This document shows positions 9,848 to 19,466 of a stretch of 64,000 nt of DNA, piece by piece. Origin of the DNA: Oligoflexales bacterium (GTDB lineage Bacteria; Bdellovibrionota_B; Oligoflexia; Oligoflexales; Bog-1112); contig JBGCDR010000040.1 of assembly GCA_045105515.1 (NCBI GenBank), positions 1 to 64,000 of the forward strand, given 5' to 3'. Below the pieces are notes generated by a model that did no database searches, was not told the origin of the DNA, and saw only the letters and a program-made list of their open reading frames with translations. The position numbers and the translations under genes are program-made. Within the stretch, counting starts at the first letter, position 1; every line of letters begins with the position of its first letter.

Positions 9848-11314
9848 TCAATGAGACAAATACGCACCCCATTTGTCGTGGAGTCGATTGATGCTATTAA
9901 GACTCAGAGTTTTATCACCTGTTTCCTTGACTTCCTCTATGAGATCATCAGCAGGAGTTCGGCCTCGATTAGTATAACATTCACCGAAAATCCTCAAAGC
10001 TTTCTCTGTTCCTTCACCACGAAAGCAAGGTGGCAAAAGCTTAAAGCCCTCCCAAGAAAGTTGCATCAATTTTTGCGATACATCTTTAATAATAGGGTGC
10101 TGCAGACCCATGGAGGACTCTACCAGGAGAGAATCTATTGAAGACAAGTATGGCATAAGTATCTCAAGTGTTTTTTCAAGTTTATCCTGATCATATAACA
10201 ACCCTGTAAAAAAAGCGGCAGGAACAATTTGCCAGGGTCGTGCTTGGCTATCAACAGATCTCAGTTCTAAAAAACCTCTTGGCCGCACTTCTGGGAAGAG
10301 TAGTGAAAGATGAGTTTCAAAATCTTGCGTCGTTGGCTTGATCCCCTTATAGCCATGTTCGATCCATTGAGCGAAGCTGATATCTTTATCCGGAACTTCG
10401 TAATCTAGTGCTTCTACAAACACGACCTTGGCAGCCAAAACAAATTCAAGATAGCTTGCCACACATTCTTTCTTATTAAGAGCACTTGCAAGATGCGAGA
10501 GCCGTGGAATTCCTGTCCTACTAGTGTCCAAACTACGCCAAACAAGTGAGCGAAATCCAGGTCTGTCTGCAAGCTGACCATCTTTAAAGGGGGAATTAGC
10601 AAATAAACCTGTGGCAAAAGGGGCTAGCAACTGACTAGCAAGAAACCTTTTAGCCATATCTGTTTCTGTTGGTCCAAAATCAACACAGGCTTGAATGGTA
10701 CATGTTTGACGCATCATTCGACGCCCATATTGCCCAATATTGGTAAAGAACCGATCCATTGCCTGGTAACGGCTTTTAGCCATCTGTAAACCTATTTCTT
10801 GAGGATCATGCCATGGATTGATTCCCAACTGCACGAGGGTCCATCCATTTTTAGCAAGCTGTTCATCAAGTTCATGCTGAATAAAACGAACCCTTCTGAC
10901 AGCATCTGAAAGACAGGGATATGGCTTAGAAGAAAATTCAAGTTGCCCACCAGGCTCAAAAGTTAAGTTATCTCCTTGATCCAACTCTACCCGGAGCAAA
11001 TAGGCTGTTTGTGAGCCTTTTTCGCTTACTTCCTCCACAAGTTTCCAACTGTGGTTTTTTGCCATGTCTCGAAGTACCCCAGCAAGACTATCACCCTTTC
11101 CCTGCAAGGGAACTGGCAAAGGCTTAGCTGCCGTTTCTTGAGCTGAAGGAAGAATAATAGGAAGCATTTCCAGTTCTATTCCAACACTCCCTGGCCAAAG
11201 AGGATATTTTTCACGATAATTTTGAGGTCTTAGAAGAAAAATGTGGTTAGCGATGTAGGATTCACAATGCTCTATATTTATTTCAGCAGCTTCATTGGAT
11301 TTGAAAGGGGTCAA
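9848..11314 (-). CDS. gshA: Glutamate-cysteine ligase, family 2 (GshA/EgtA-like)
   Basis: GIELE, TFEPGGQLEFS, MMRQTCTIQ, FANSP, HLSLLFPEVRPRGFLELRSVD. Likely TTG start at 11314 with a GAGGA RBS just after exbD. Confidence 0.85.
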   Translation of the reverse strand: MTPFKSNEAAEINIEHCESYIANHIFLLRPQNYREKYPLWPGSVGIELEMLPIILPSAQETAAKPLPVPLQGKGDSLAGVLRDMAKNHSWKLVEEVSEKGSQTAYLLRVELDQGDNLTFEPGGQLEFSSKPYPCLSDAVRRVRFIQHELDEQLAKNGWTLVQLGINPWHDPQEIGLQMAKSRYQAMDRFFTNIGQYGRRMMRQTCTIQACVDFGPTETDMAKRFLASQLLAPFATGLFANSPFKDGQLADRPGFRSLVWRSLDTSRTGIPRLSHLASALNKKECVASYLEFVLAAKVVFVEALDYEVPDKDISFAQWIEHGYKGIKPTTQDFETHLSLLFPEVRPRGFLELRSVDSQARPWQIVPAAFFTGLLYDQDKLEKTLEILMPYLSSIDSLLVESSMGLQHPIIKDVSQKLMQLSWEGFKLLPPCFRGEGTEKALRIFGECYTNRGRTPADDLIEEVKETGDKTLSLNSINRLHDKWGAYLSH

Positions 11315-11324
11315 GGGACAGTCC

Positions 11325-11780
11325 TCATGGCTTGAGTGAGTCAGCATCACTGTCCGGGGGCTTCGCGTCACCCTCAGCAGCATCCACGTTGATTGCAAAT
11401 TCATTTATACCGTTTTTCCGCACCGTATCAATGAGTTTAACAACCTGACCATGGGGTGTTTTTACATCTGCAGAAATAAGTGCTTGCACCTTTTCTGGGT
11501 GTGTTTGCCTAGCTTTTTTTATGTGAGCTCCTACCTCATCAAAAGAGATTTTCACACCATCTAGGAAAAGTTGCGCTTCCGAGGTGAGGGAAAATGCTAG
11601 GCTCCGACTCTTCATCTGCCGACCAGTTTCAGCTTGAGGTAGCTCAACCTCAATGGATCTATGAACGATATAACTTGCAGTTACCATAAATATAACGAGT
11701 AGCACCAGCATCACATCCACAAGCGGAGTCACATTGATACCAGTGATCTCATCTTCATCGTCTAATAAAGATCCAGACAT
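11325..11780 (-). CDS. exbD: ExbD/TolR family biopolymer transport protein
   Basis: INVTPLVDVMLVLLVIFMV signature and ISAD...G.VVKLID. Confidence 0.93.
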   Translation of the reverse strand: MSGSLLDDEDEITGINVTPLVDVMLVLLVIFMVTASYIVHRSIEVELPQAETGRQMKSRSLAFSLTSEAQLFLDGVKISFDEVGAHIKKARQTHPEKVQALISADVKTPHGQVVKLIDTVRKNGINEFAINVDAAEGDAKPPDSDADSLKP

Positions 11781-11801
11781 TTCTTGGCTCCTTTTTTATT
11801 A

Positions 11802-12059
11802 GAGATCCCTCCACGATGGTCGGGATGACAAGGATATTGGTCATCCCGACCGACCGCATCTTCGTCATCCCGACCGACCGCATCTTCGTCATCCCGACCG
11901 ACTGCATCTTCGTCATCCCGACCGACTGCGTCTTCGTCATCCCGACCGACTGCATCTTCGTCATCCCGACCGACTACATCTTCGTCATCCCGACCGACTA
12001 CATCTTCGTCATCCCGACCGACTGCGTCTTCGTCATCCCGACCATCATGGAGGGATCCC
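11802..12059. repeat. REP-like palindromic element: 28-bp inverted arms enclosing 8 tandem 24-bp units
   Basis: Arm 11802-11829 GAGATCCCTCCACGATGGTCGGGATGAC is the reverse complement (2 mismatches) of 12032-12059. Units GTCATCCCGACCGAC(C/T)(G/A)C(A/G)TCTTC start every 24 bp from 11840 to 12008. Confidence 0.95.
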
Positions 12060-12075
12060 CCTCAGTTAAATAACC

Positions 12076-12705
12076 TCAACCTTGATGAGACATAATCACC
12101 TTAATAAGTGATTGAACATTTGCCATGTGTTTTTTGACTGCTCGGTTAAATGTATTAAAAGCAATGACTGCTGGAATTGCTACCAACAAGCCAACAGCTG
12201 TTGCAATCAAGGCCTCAGAAATTCCACCCATGACTACTGAAGGACCACCATCAGGGTTAAATGACAGGTCATGGAAAGCCTTTATGATTCCGATAACAGT
12301 TCCAAATAAACCGATAAATGGAGCATTATTGCCGAGAGTTCCAAGAACCACTAGCCCTCTGTCAAGCTTATGTTTTTCACCCATAGCAAAACCTTCCATG
12401 CTACTAGCCATAGCTTGAGGACTTTTTTTATTGTGATTTAAACCCCATAAAGCCACCTTTGCTTCTAAAGAAGGATCTAACAAACACAAGTCTTTTGCTT
12501 TATCGATATCACCATTACCTAGATGCATAGACAGTTGTCGACTCAAGCTAGCAAAATCGGTTTTTAATCTTAGAAAAAAAATACTTCGCTCTAAAATGAT
12601 AGCGATAGAGAGAACACTAAGGGCAATCAAAAGCCACAAAACCCATTCGGCCCCAAACAAGGTAAAACCCAATAGAATTTCCACAATCTTTATGTTTTCC
12701 ATCAT
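12076..12705 (-). CDS. exbB: MotA/TolQ/ExbB proton channel family protein
   Basis: GTLGNNAPFIGLFGTVIGIIKAF and GISEALIATAVGLLVAIPA. Confidence 0.93.
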   Translation of the reverse strand: MMENIKIVEILLGFTLFGAEWVLWLLIALSVLSIAIILERSIFFLRLKTDFASLSRQLSMHLGNGDIDKAKDLCLLDPSLEAKVALWGLNHNKKSPQAMASSMEGFAMGEKHKLDRGLVVLGTLGNNAPFIGLFGTVIGIIKAFHDLSFNPDGGPSVVMGGISEALIATAVGLLVAIPAVIAFNTFNRAVKKHMANVQSLIKVIMSHQG

Positions 12706-12734
12706 GTCTCCAACTCAAGTCTTTGAGTATTTTG

Positions 12735-13360
12735 TTAGAATATGTTTTTGAATATGCTCCGTCGAATCATATGATTGATGAAGTCATTATAAGTATAGGA
12801 AAGAGTCAATTTAAAGCAATCAATTCGCCTTTCTTCTGACTGTAACTCTCCCTCCCGTAGCTTAATTTTACCAACCATAGTGTGTAAAAATTCTAAAGTT
12901 AATTGCCAATAGTTGCGTTTATCCTCCTTATGAATTGCACCAATCATCAAACCTCCACTCGGCCCTTGCCAGATACCTTCAACTTCATCTTGAATAGAGT
13001 TTTTTTTCACAAGGTGATATCTTCCCTGTCCAGCTTTAAATCCAAAATAAACCTTATCTTCCAAACGAACTGCTAGCTGCAAGCCATATTGAATAAGACT
13101 TGCATTTTCGTTTTCAACATTTGGCGCACCTCTTTGTCCTGGGGTGTAGTCAGCATAGACAGCAGCGTCAAAAGCTTGGAAAAGTGATAGCCTATCACCC
13201 CTCCCGGCCCTAATCCATAGTAGTTAGGTGAGCTGTCTTGCTCCGACAGCGGCCTAAAGGCAAATACTCCCCAATGAGCTGAAGCAGAAAACAATAAACC
13301 AGCATTTGCACCTTCGGTAAATGCTAGCAGGCAGGAAATTAGAAAAATATGAACCCTCAT
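12735..13360 (-). pseudogene. Outer-membrane beta-barrel-like protein split by a frameshift near 13180-13183
   Basis: ORF 13073-13372 has a signal peptide. Adding one T in the T4 run gives a continuous ...GYHFFQAFDAAVYADYTPG...LIQYGLQLAVRLEDKVYFG that joins ORF 12735-13082. The ATG at 13360 overlaps the upstream TGA. Confidence 0.75.
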
Positions 13361-13935
13361 ATGGTGAGCCAATCTTGTAGATCTACAGAAACCACCTCTT
13401 CAAAGGCAATTTTACGATAGAGTAGGAAGCTAATAAGTTGGCCTCCTGTTTTCTCTGAAGCCACACGGTAGTGTTCAAAAGGACCATCTAACTTATATAG
13501 ATTCACCAAATCCCAAGCTTCCTCCCGGCGCATAAACAAACTTTGTCCGACTATTTTTTCGCACCGCGATATCACCCATCCATATCCTGAACGTTCAAAA
13601 AGCCAACCTATCTCGTTATGTTTTTTCAAGTAAAAGTAAGATCGACCTGGTTCAAGCTTTCCCGACTCCCAAAAAAGGCTTGGAGCTTCAGGAAGAGACT
13701 CATCGGAAGCTGTCTCGCGAGTCTCTAAAAATCGCGCATAACAATAGGATCGAAGACGATCAAAAACACGGTCCACATCAGCTTCATCTTCGGCTAGAAT
13801 ATATTGGGAAGGTTCTAGCTTTAGCTCACTCGTGCCAACCTGTGATGTAGGGCGGCTACGTTGAAAAGGCCGCAAAATCTGCCCCAAAACCTTTGATAGT
13901 CCTGAGTTCCTGAGGGTATAGGTACCTTTCTTCAT
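13357..13935 (-). CDS. Hypothetical protein
   Basis: 192-aa ORF, first gene of the minus-strand run, translationally coupled (ATGA) to the next gene. Confidence 0.7.
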   Translation of the reverse strand: MKKGTYTLRNSGLSKVLGQILRPFQRSRPTSQVGTSELKLEPSQYILAEDEADVDRVFDRLRSYCYARFLETRETASDESLPEAPSLFWESGKLEPGRSYFYLKKHNEIGWLFERSGYGWVISRCEKIVGQSLFMRREEAWDLVNLYKLDGPFEHYRVASEKTGGQLISFLLYRKIAFEEVVSVDLQDWLTI

Positions 13936-13944
13936 TTTTCACCC

Positions 13945-13977
13945 TTGACAATGTGAAGCAATCCCCTGTACTAACAT
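13945..13977 (+). promoter_or_regulatory. Possible sigma-70 promoter of the tRNA
   Basis: Perfect TTGACA at 13945-13950. The -10 candidates (TACTAA, TAACAT) are imperfect. Confidence 0.4.
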
Positions 13978-13989
13978 ACACGCACTTGG

Positions 13990-14066
13990 GCGGGAGTAGC
14001 TCAGTTGGCTAGAGCGTCGCGTTGCCATCGCGAAGGTCGAGGGTTCGAGTCCCTTTTCCCGCTCCA
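13990..14066 (+). tRNA. tRNA-Gly(GCC)
   Basis: Acceptor stem GCGGGAG/TTCCCGC, D arm AGCTCAGTTGGCTAGAGC, anticodon arm TCGCG-TTGCCAT-CGCGA, T loop GGTTCGAGTCC, encoded CCA. Confidence 0.97.
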
Positions 14067-14200
14067 CTCCAAATATATATCCCATGAACATTTTAATATT
14101 TTGGCCATTAATTTTAGCGGGAATTTTGTATCCAGCTAGGATCGGTGAATAGAACTAGTTAGATACTCTAGACTGCTAACCTACTGGAAGGCAAACTATT

Positions 14201-15550
14201 TTAACACTTGGTGGCTAACATAGAGCCCTCAGTAACAAACCCACGAAGCAGCACCTTATCAATTTGCCCTACTGCACCAGCGAATTTAGACTCACTCATA
14301 ACAGGCAAATAATTCTTAGTCTTACCCTGCCACCTTCCTAATTTTTGATCATACTGCTCCCACAGAACGAGAGCCTGATCACCAATAAAGGTACCAGCAA
14401 ATCCTTTGAATAGTTGCTTAGACAAAGATCTAAGCTCCCTTGCCCGGTTCTTAATGACTTCCACCTCCAAATGATCAGGCATACGAATCGCTGCGGTATT
14501 TGGTCTTTTTGAATATGGGAAAACATGCAAACTTGCTAAGCCGCACACTTCGATGAAAGCCTTGGTCTCGCAGAATGCTAGTTCATCTTCACCTGGAAAA
14601 CCTGGTATCACATCAGCACTCACTTGAGCTTTGGGAAAGTATTCACGAATCATAGTCACAGACTCTAGGTACCTTTTCTGATCGTATTGCCGATTCATCA
14701 ATCGCAAAATTCGATCATCTCCCGACTGCAACGGAAGGTGAAAATGATCGCAGAATTTGTCCGCATGTTGAGCTAGTTTTTCTATTAAGCCCTGGGTTAA
14801 TTCTGCAGGCTCTAGGGATGAAATGCGCAAGCGCTTCAGACCCTCAATGGTAAAAAGCTTTTCTAAAAGCTCTAAGAATAGCGCCTGCCCCTCGCCTACA
14901 GGGCCTGCATCCTCTCCATAATCACCTATATGAATCCCCGTTAGAACCAGCTCCTGTACACCTGACTGTATCAAGTTTCTAGCTTCAGCTAAAACATCCT
15001 CTGCAGGAACACTGCGACTTGCTCCACGGGCGTAAGGGATTTGACAGTAAGAGCAAAAACCATTACAACCATCTTGAATCTTTAAAAAAGCACGGGTGCG
15101 TTCGGTTTTAGGACTGTCAAACAATGTTAGTGATGACTTAAAGTGAGATTGCCTATTATTCTTAACTTGCTTCAGGTCTTTTGGAAACTTAGCGAGATCT
15201 TCCTGAGAATCCAAACGCTCCTCAACCAAAGGCACCAAGCGCTCTTTGGCTTCATTGGGAACAACAAAATCCACTTCACCCATCTTTGCTATAGTGGCAG
15301 AGTCGATCTGTGCATAACAGCCCGTTACCACCCTAAAAGAATCAGGATTTTCTCGCTTATAGCGGCGGAGCAGATACCTTGCTTCTTTTTCAGCTGCAGA
15401 AGTAACACTACAGGTATTGATGACAGTGATATCTGCCTGAACAGCATGATTCACGAGTTTATAGCCAGATTTTTTAAACTGATTCTCAAGAGCATGCGAG
15501 TCGAAGGTGTTGACTTTGCAGCCCAGAGTTTTCACGTATACGCTTTTCAT
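14201..15550 (-). CDS. mtaB: tRNA ms2t6A methylthiotransferase MtaB
   Basis: TLGCKVN, INTCSVT, radical SAM motif QDGCNGFCSYC, HVFPYSKRPNT. Confidence 0.92.
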   Translation of the reverse strand: MKSVYVKTLGCKVNTFDSHALENQFKKSGYKLVNHAVQADITVINTCSVTSAAEKEARYLLRRYKRENPDSFRVVTGCYAQIDSATIAKMGEVDFVVPNEAKERLVPLVEERLDSQEDLAKFPKDLKQVKNNRQSHFKSSLTLFDSPKTERTRAFLKIQDGCNGFCSYCQIPYARGASRSVPAEDVLAEARNLIQSGVQELVLTGIHIGDYGEDAGPVGEGQALFLELLEKLFTIEGLKRLRISSLEPAELTQGLIEKLAQHADKFCDHFHLPLQSGDDRILRLMNRQYDQKRYLESVTMIREYFPKAQVSADVIPGFPGEDELAFCETKAFIEVCGLASLHVFPYSKRPNTAAIRMPDHLEVEVIKNRARELRSLSKQLFKGFAGTFIGDQALVLWEQYDQKLGRWQGKTKNYLPVMSESKFAGAVGQIDKVLLRGFVTEGSMLATKC

Positions 15551-15775
15551 GAGACACTTTATCTATACAATTATTAGGTCAAATATTTTTGTGGCACGGC
15601 GGACATGATCGTTTTTACGGGATCTGGGCTACAGATTCAAGGTTTTGCTGCTAAAGAGAGTATTTTACTATCAACAACCCTATTCTTGAACACCCAAAAA
15701 ATAAAAAATTGCTTTATATTTTAGAGTTTAAGCCTAAACCTATTGCTGTTAAGTTATTGAGCCACTGAAATTTAT

Positions 15776-16591
15776 ATGAGGTTCAGAATGTCAGTCAGTG
15801 AAACTCAAAAAAAAATAGCCGTCGATTTTTTTAAAGAGGTCCAAGATCGCTTACTCTTGGCATTTGAAAAAGTTGACGGACAAGTGAAAGCAGAGCGAAA
15901 ACCTTGGCAGCGCCCAGAGGGTGGAGGCGGCATAATAGGCTTAGTCCGAGGTCAAGTGGTTGAAAAAGCCGGAGCTAATGTTTCTGAGGTATTCGGTGAC
16001 AAATATCCTGCTATAGAGGGGGAGCATAAGGATAAGCCTTTTTTTGCTTCTGGGGTCTCTACCATTACCCATATGTACAATCCCTATGCACCTATAGGCC
16101 ACATGAATGTTAGGCTCATTACAGTCGGAGATTCTTTTTGGTTTGGCGGGGGAGCCGATCTAACGCCCTTCAAAGTTTTCCCAGAAGATACAGAAGAATT
16201 TCACGAATCTTTGAAAGAAGCGTGCAAGCTGCACGCTAGTGATTCTTATGACCGCTTCTCCAAATGGTGTGACGAATATTTTTATATTAAACATCGTAAA
16301 GAAATAAGAGGGGTGGGTGGGATTTTCTTTGATTACTTAAAAGGCGACTTCGACACACTTTTCCCCTTTGTACAGGCAACAGCAAATGCCTATGCAACAG
16401 TATTTCCTAAACTCTTAATGCGCAGAAAAGACAGCCAATTTTCGGAAGAAGAAAAAGAAGCTCAACTCTATTGGCGCGGACGTTATGCAGAGTATAATCT
16501 TGTTTATGACCGGGGTACTAAGTTTGGCCTGATGACCGGGGGGAACTATGAAGCCATCTTTGTATCCTTGCCTCCCGTAGTAAAATGGTAG
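15776..16591 (+). CDS. hemF: Oxygen-dependent coproporphyrinogen III oxidase
   Basis: EKAGAN, HMNVR, WFGGGADLTP, RGVGGIFFD, RGRYAEYNLVYDRGTKFGL. Confidence 0.96.
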   Translation: MRFRMSVSETQKKIAVDFFKEVQDRLLLAFEKVDGQVKAERKPWQRPEGGGGIIGLVRGQVVEKAGANVSEVFGDKYPAIEGEHKDKPFFASGVSTITHMYNPYAPIGHMNVRLITVGDSFWFGGGADLTPFKVFPEDTEEFHESLKEACKLHASDSYDRFSKWCDEYFYIKHRKEIRGVGGIFFDYLKGDFDTLFPFVQATANAYATVFPKLLMRRKDSQFSEEEKEAQLYWRGRYAEYNLVYDRGTKFGLMTGGNYEAIFVSLPPVVKW

Positions 16592-16640
16592 GCGAATTGT
16601 TCGCATCCCCTCTAGATTTTGCAAGATATAAGGTGCAAGC

Positions 16641-18626
16641 ATGTTAGCAGACTATGGTTTTTTTCTCTTGTTATTATGCTGTATTACCAGCATTTACGGT
16701 ACCATTAGCGCTTTGGTAGCCGCATTCTACCGTCATAAGCGCCTCTATCGCTCAGCGAAATATGCCTCTATTGCGACATGCATCATGGCAGTTATTGCTT
16801 CAGGCTTCCTTTGGTACATGCTCTTCACAAGGAATTACGGTGTTGCCTACATATTCAAGAACTCCAGTAATGACCTCCCACTTTTTTATACAATTTCCGC
16901 GTTTTGGTCATCCCTTGAGGGTTCTCACTTTTTGTGGGCACTATTAATTGCAGTCTATGCTGCCATTGCCCACTTAACCTACGCCAAAGACAATGAACAT
17001 ATCATGCCCTATGTAAGCGCTTCATTGCACGCAGTTTCGGGTTGGATGTTCTATTTAGCAGTGACCTACTCAGATCCATTTGTCTTGCAGTTTCCCGTTC
17101 CCGACAATGGCATGGGTATGAACGCTCTATTACAAAACCCCTACATGATCATTCACCCACCCTCTCTCTTTACCGGTTACACAGCCTTAGCAATTCCTTT
17201 TGCCTATGGCATTGCTGCTTTGTGTTATGGCGATATTACCGAAGGTTGGTTGAGAACAACACGTCGCTGGACTCTCTACGCCTGGATATTTCTTACTATC
17301 GGAATTTTTTTGGGAGGACGTTGGGCATATGTAGAGTTAGGTTGGGCCGGCTACTGGGCCTGGGACCCTGTTGAAAATTCTAGTTTTCTTCCTTGGCTTT
17401 TTGCTACTGCTTTACTCCATTCCTTGCTCGTCCAAGATCGTTTGGGACATTTGAAAAGGCTCAGCATTATTTTGGCAATTGTAGCTTTCTTTTTCAGTTT
17501 CTTTGGTACCTTCATCACTCGTTCTGGAGTGATTAGCTCAGTTCACTCATTCGCTCAGTCCCCCATTGGTCCCAATTACCTGTATTTCCTTGCTGGAATC
17601 GCCTTGATTTCTTTAGTCCTCTACGGTTTTAAAGCTCAATCAATTTTACCTTCGGACACAAACAAAGTGTGGGGCTTTTCCAAAGAGTCAGCATTGGTGA
17701 TCACTCAGTTTCTACTCATAACATTCGCCCTCATAGTTTTCATTGGTACAGTCTACCCTATTGTTTCAGAAGCCATTACTGGAGTTAGGTTCAATGTGCA
17801 GGCTCCCTACTTCAATGCCTTCGCACCCTATATTGGTTTCAGCTTCGTCGTAGCCATCACAATAGGCAACCTAATGCGCTACAGTTCTGGAAAAATGCTT
17901 GGGGGTAAAAAACTCTTATTGGGAGGGCTGTTCCTAGCAGTGATCCCAACCCTAATTTTTTCCTATTTTGGAGACGTTTTCCGTTCAGAAACAAAACCAC
18001 TGATCTTTCAGCTAATCGGTGTCGAACTTGTTTTTTGGGCTATGATTTGTCTGTCCTATGATGCCTTCCAAAGGTTTAAGGACTTGCGATTCAATTTATC
18101 TTTATTTTTCAAACGAAACCTTGCTTACTTCGGTGCATTTATCGCCCATATTGGCTTTTTAATTGCCGTACTTGGCTTTCTTGGAAATTATCGCGGCATG
18201 GATAAGACAGTTACTCTGCAATCTGGAGATACTACGGAACTTTATGGATATACCTTTAAGTTTAGCGGAATAAAGCTTGAAAAAGATGAGAATGCGCTTT
18301 TATACACAGCCCCACTTGCCGTAACGAATCAAAAGCAAGATTCTGTGGGAACTGTTTTGCCAGCAAGAGCCAAATACCCAACTAAGGATGAACTCTTCCA
18401 CGAAATCGGCTTATTGGGAAGCTTCTGGCATGATATCTATGTTGTCTTGGCCGATTTTGACAAAGATACTAAAGCTCGCGCTACCTTACAGGTTTTCATC
18501 AATCCAACCGTTAAGATTGTTTGGTGGAGTGCATTCCTAATGGTCATTGGAGGATTCCTCTCTATGTGTGACCTAGCGCGAGGAAGAAAAAGCAAGGACA
18601 CATTGGGGGCATCATGGGAAGTTTAG
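16641..18626 (+). CDS. ccmF: Cytochrome c heme lyase subunit CcmF/NrfE
   Basis: IHPP, WWD motif WAYVELGWAGYWAWDPVENSSFLPW, TRSGVISSVHSF. Confidence 0.96.
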   Translation: MLADYGFFLLLLCCITSIYGTISALVAAFYRHKRLYRSAKYASIATCIMAVIASGFLWYMLFTRNYGVAYIFKNSSNDLPLFYTISAFWSSLEGSHFLWALLIAVYAAIAHLTYAKDNEHIMPYVSASLHAVSGWMFYLAVTYSDPFVLQFPVPDNGMGMNALLQNPYMIIHPPSLFTGYTALAIPFAYGIAALCYGDITEGWLRTTRRWTLYAWIFLTIGIFLGGRWAYVELGWAGYWAWDPVENSSFLPWLFATALLHSLLVQDRLGHLKRLSIILAIVAFFFSFFGTFITRSGVISSVHSFAQSPIGPNYLYFLAGIALISLVLYGFKAQSILPSDTNKVWGFSKESALVITQFLLITFALIVFIGTVYPIVSEAITGVRFNVQAPYFNAFAPYIGFSFVVAITIGNLMRYSSGKMLGGKKLLLGGLFLAVIPTLIFSYFGDVFRSETKPLIFQLIGVELVFWAMICLSYDAFQRFKDLRFNLSLFFKRNLAYFGAFIAHIGFLIAVLGFLGNYRGMDKTVTLQSGDTTELYGYTFKFSGIKLEKDENALLYTAPLAVTNQKQDSVGTVLPARAKYPTKDELFHEIGLLGSFWHDIYVVLADFDKDTKARATLQVFINPTVKIVWWSAFLMVIGGFLSMCDLARGRKSKDTLGASWEV

Positions 18627-19129
18627 TGAAGTTATTAAAGAAGTTTTCATTCATTTGTTTCTTTTTTTGCAGCATGCAAAATTCTTTTGCGCAGTCGACT
18701 GCATCTATTGCTCAAGAGTTGAATGTATTGGCTCCAGATCAGAAGATTTTGTTCGAAGAAATTTCTAACGACTTAAGATGCCCAACTTGTACTGGGCTTA
18801 GTATCCTGCAATCGGATGCCCCTTTTTCTCTCCAAATCAGACAAGCCGTACTTGACCAAGTTAAAACAGGAAAGAAAAAATCTGAAATCAAAGACTTTTT
18901 CACGGAACGTTATGGACTATGGATTCTACGGGAACCTCCCACAAAAGGTTTTCATTTTTTAGCATGGCTTATCCCAAGCTTGTTACTAATCCTCGGACCA
19001 CTGCTAATCTGGTTTTTCGTTTGGCGAAAAAGACAGCAGGTTAGCACTTTCGGCGTTCGCCCAACATCCGAGATACTAAAAGAGTTCGAAGAAAAGCTAG
19101 AAGCACAAAGAAATAATGCAGCCGTCTAA
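18614..19129 (+). CDS. ccmH: Cytochrome c biogenesis protein CcmH/NrfF
   Basis: LRCPTC motif, ERYG.WIL.EPP and a C-terminal TM segment. Confidence 0.92.
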   Translation: MGSLVKLLKKFSFICFFFCSMQNSFAQSTASIAQELNVLAPDQKILFEEISNDLRCPTCTGLSILQSDAPFSLQIRQAVLDQVKTGKKKSEIKDFFTERYGLWILREPPTKGFHFLAWLIPSLLLILGPLLIWFFVWRKRQQVSTFGVRPTSEILKEFEEKLEAQRNNAAV

Positions 19130-19162
19130 GTTTAATTCGCTCATTTTGGAGGAGGATCTTCC

Positions 19163-19456
19163 TTGGTCATTCTTATAAGCTCATTAATAGGGCTTGCCCT
19201 TACCGTGTTTATTATGTCTCCGTTTTGGCTGGGGGAAGGAGGTTTGTTAGCTCGCAGTTCTAGCTTAACAGACCTTGACAAAATACTGAGAACTAAGCAA
19301 ATCATCATAGATCGTTTCTTACATGAGGAAACAGCAAGCAAGCAAGGGCACATCACTGCCGGCGAATGGGAGAAGCGTAAGCAATACCTGCTTAATCGGT
19401 ACATCGACTTGTCTAGACGCTACGATTATCTCAATTTCATAAAAACAGCCGAGTAA
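19163..19456 (+). CDS. Small membrane protein, possibly resembling the CcmI N-terminal region
   Basis: TTG start with a GGAGGAGG RBS, N-terminal TM and G.IT..E...RK helix. Lies in the ccm operon. Confidence 0.65.
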   Translation: MVILISSLIGLALTVFIMSPFWLGEGGLLARSSSLTDLDKILRTKQIIIDRFLHEETASKQGHITAGEWEKRKQYLLNRYIDLSRRYDYLNFIKTAE

Positions 19457-19466
19457 GAGCCTCAAA

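Noticed and set aside
11840..12043. CRISPR array
   Set aside because: The period is only 24 bp, the intervening 12-mers are near-identical rather than unique spacers, and no cas genes are in the window.
11755..12073. Repeat-peptide ORFs (MTKMQSVG)n and (IFVIPTD)n
   Set aside because: These are by-products of a stop-free 24-bp DNA repeat, with no independent coding evidence.
13990..14200. tRNA-Gly as an integration site for an island
   Set aside because: There is no integrase, no duplicated tRNA 3' end was seen, and the neighbouring mtaB is a housekeeping gene.
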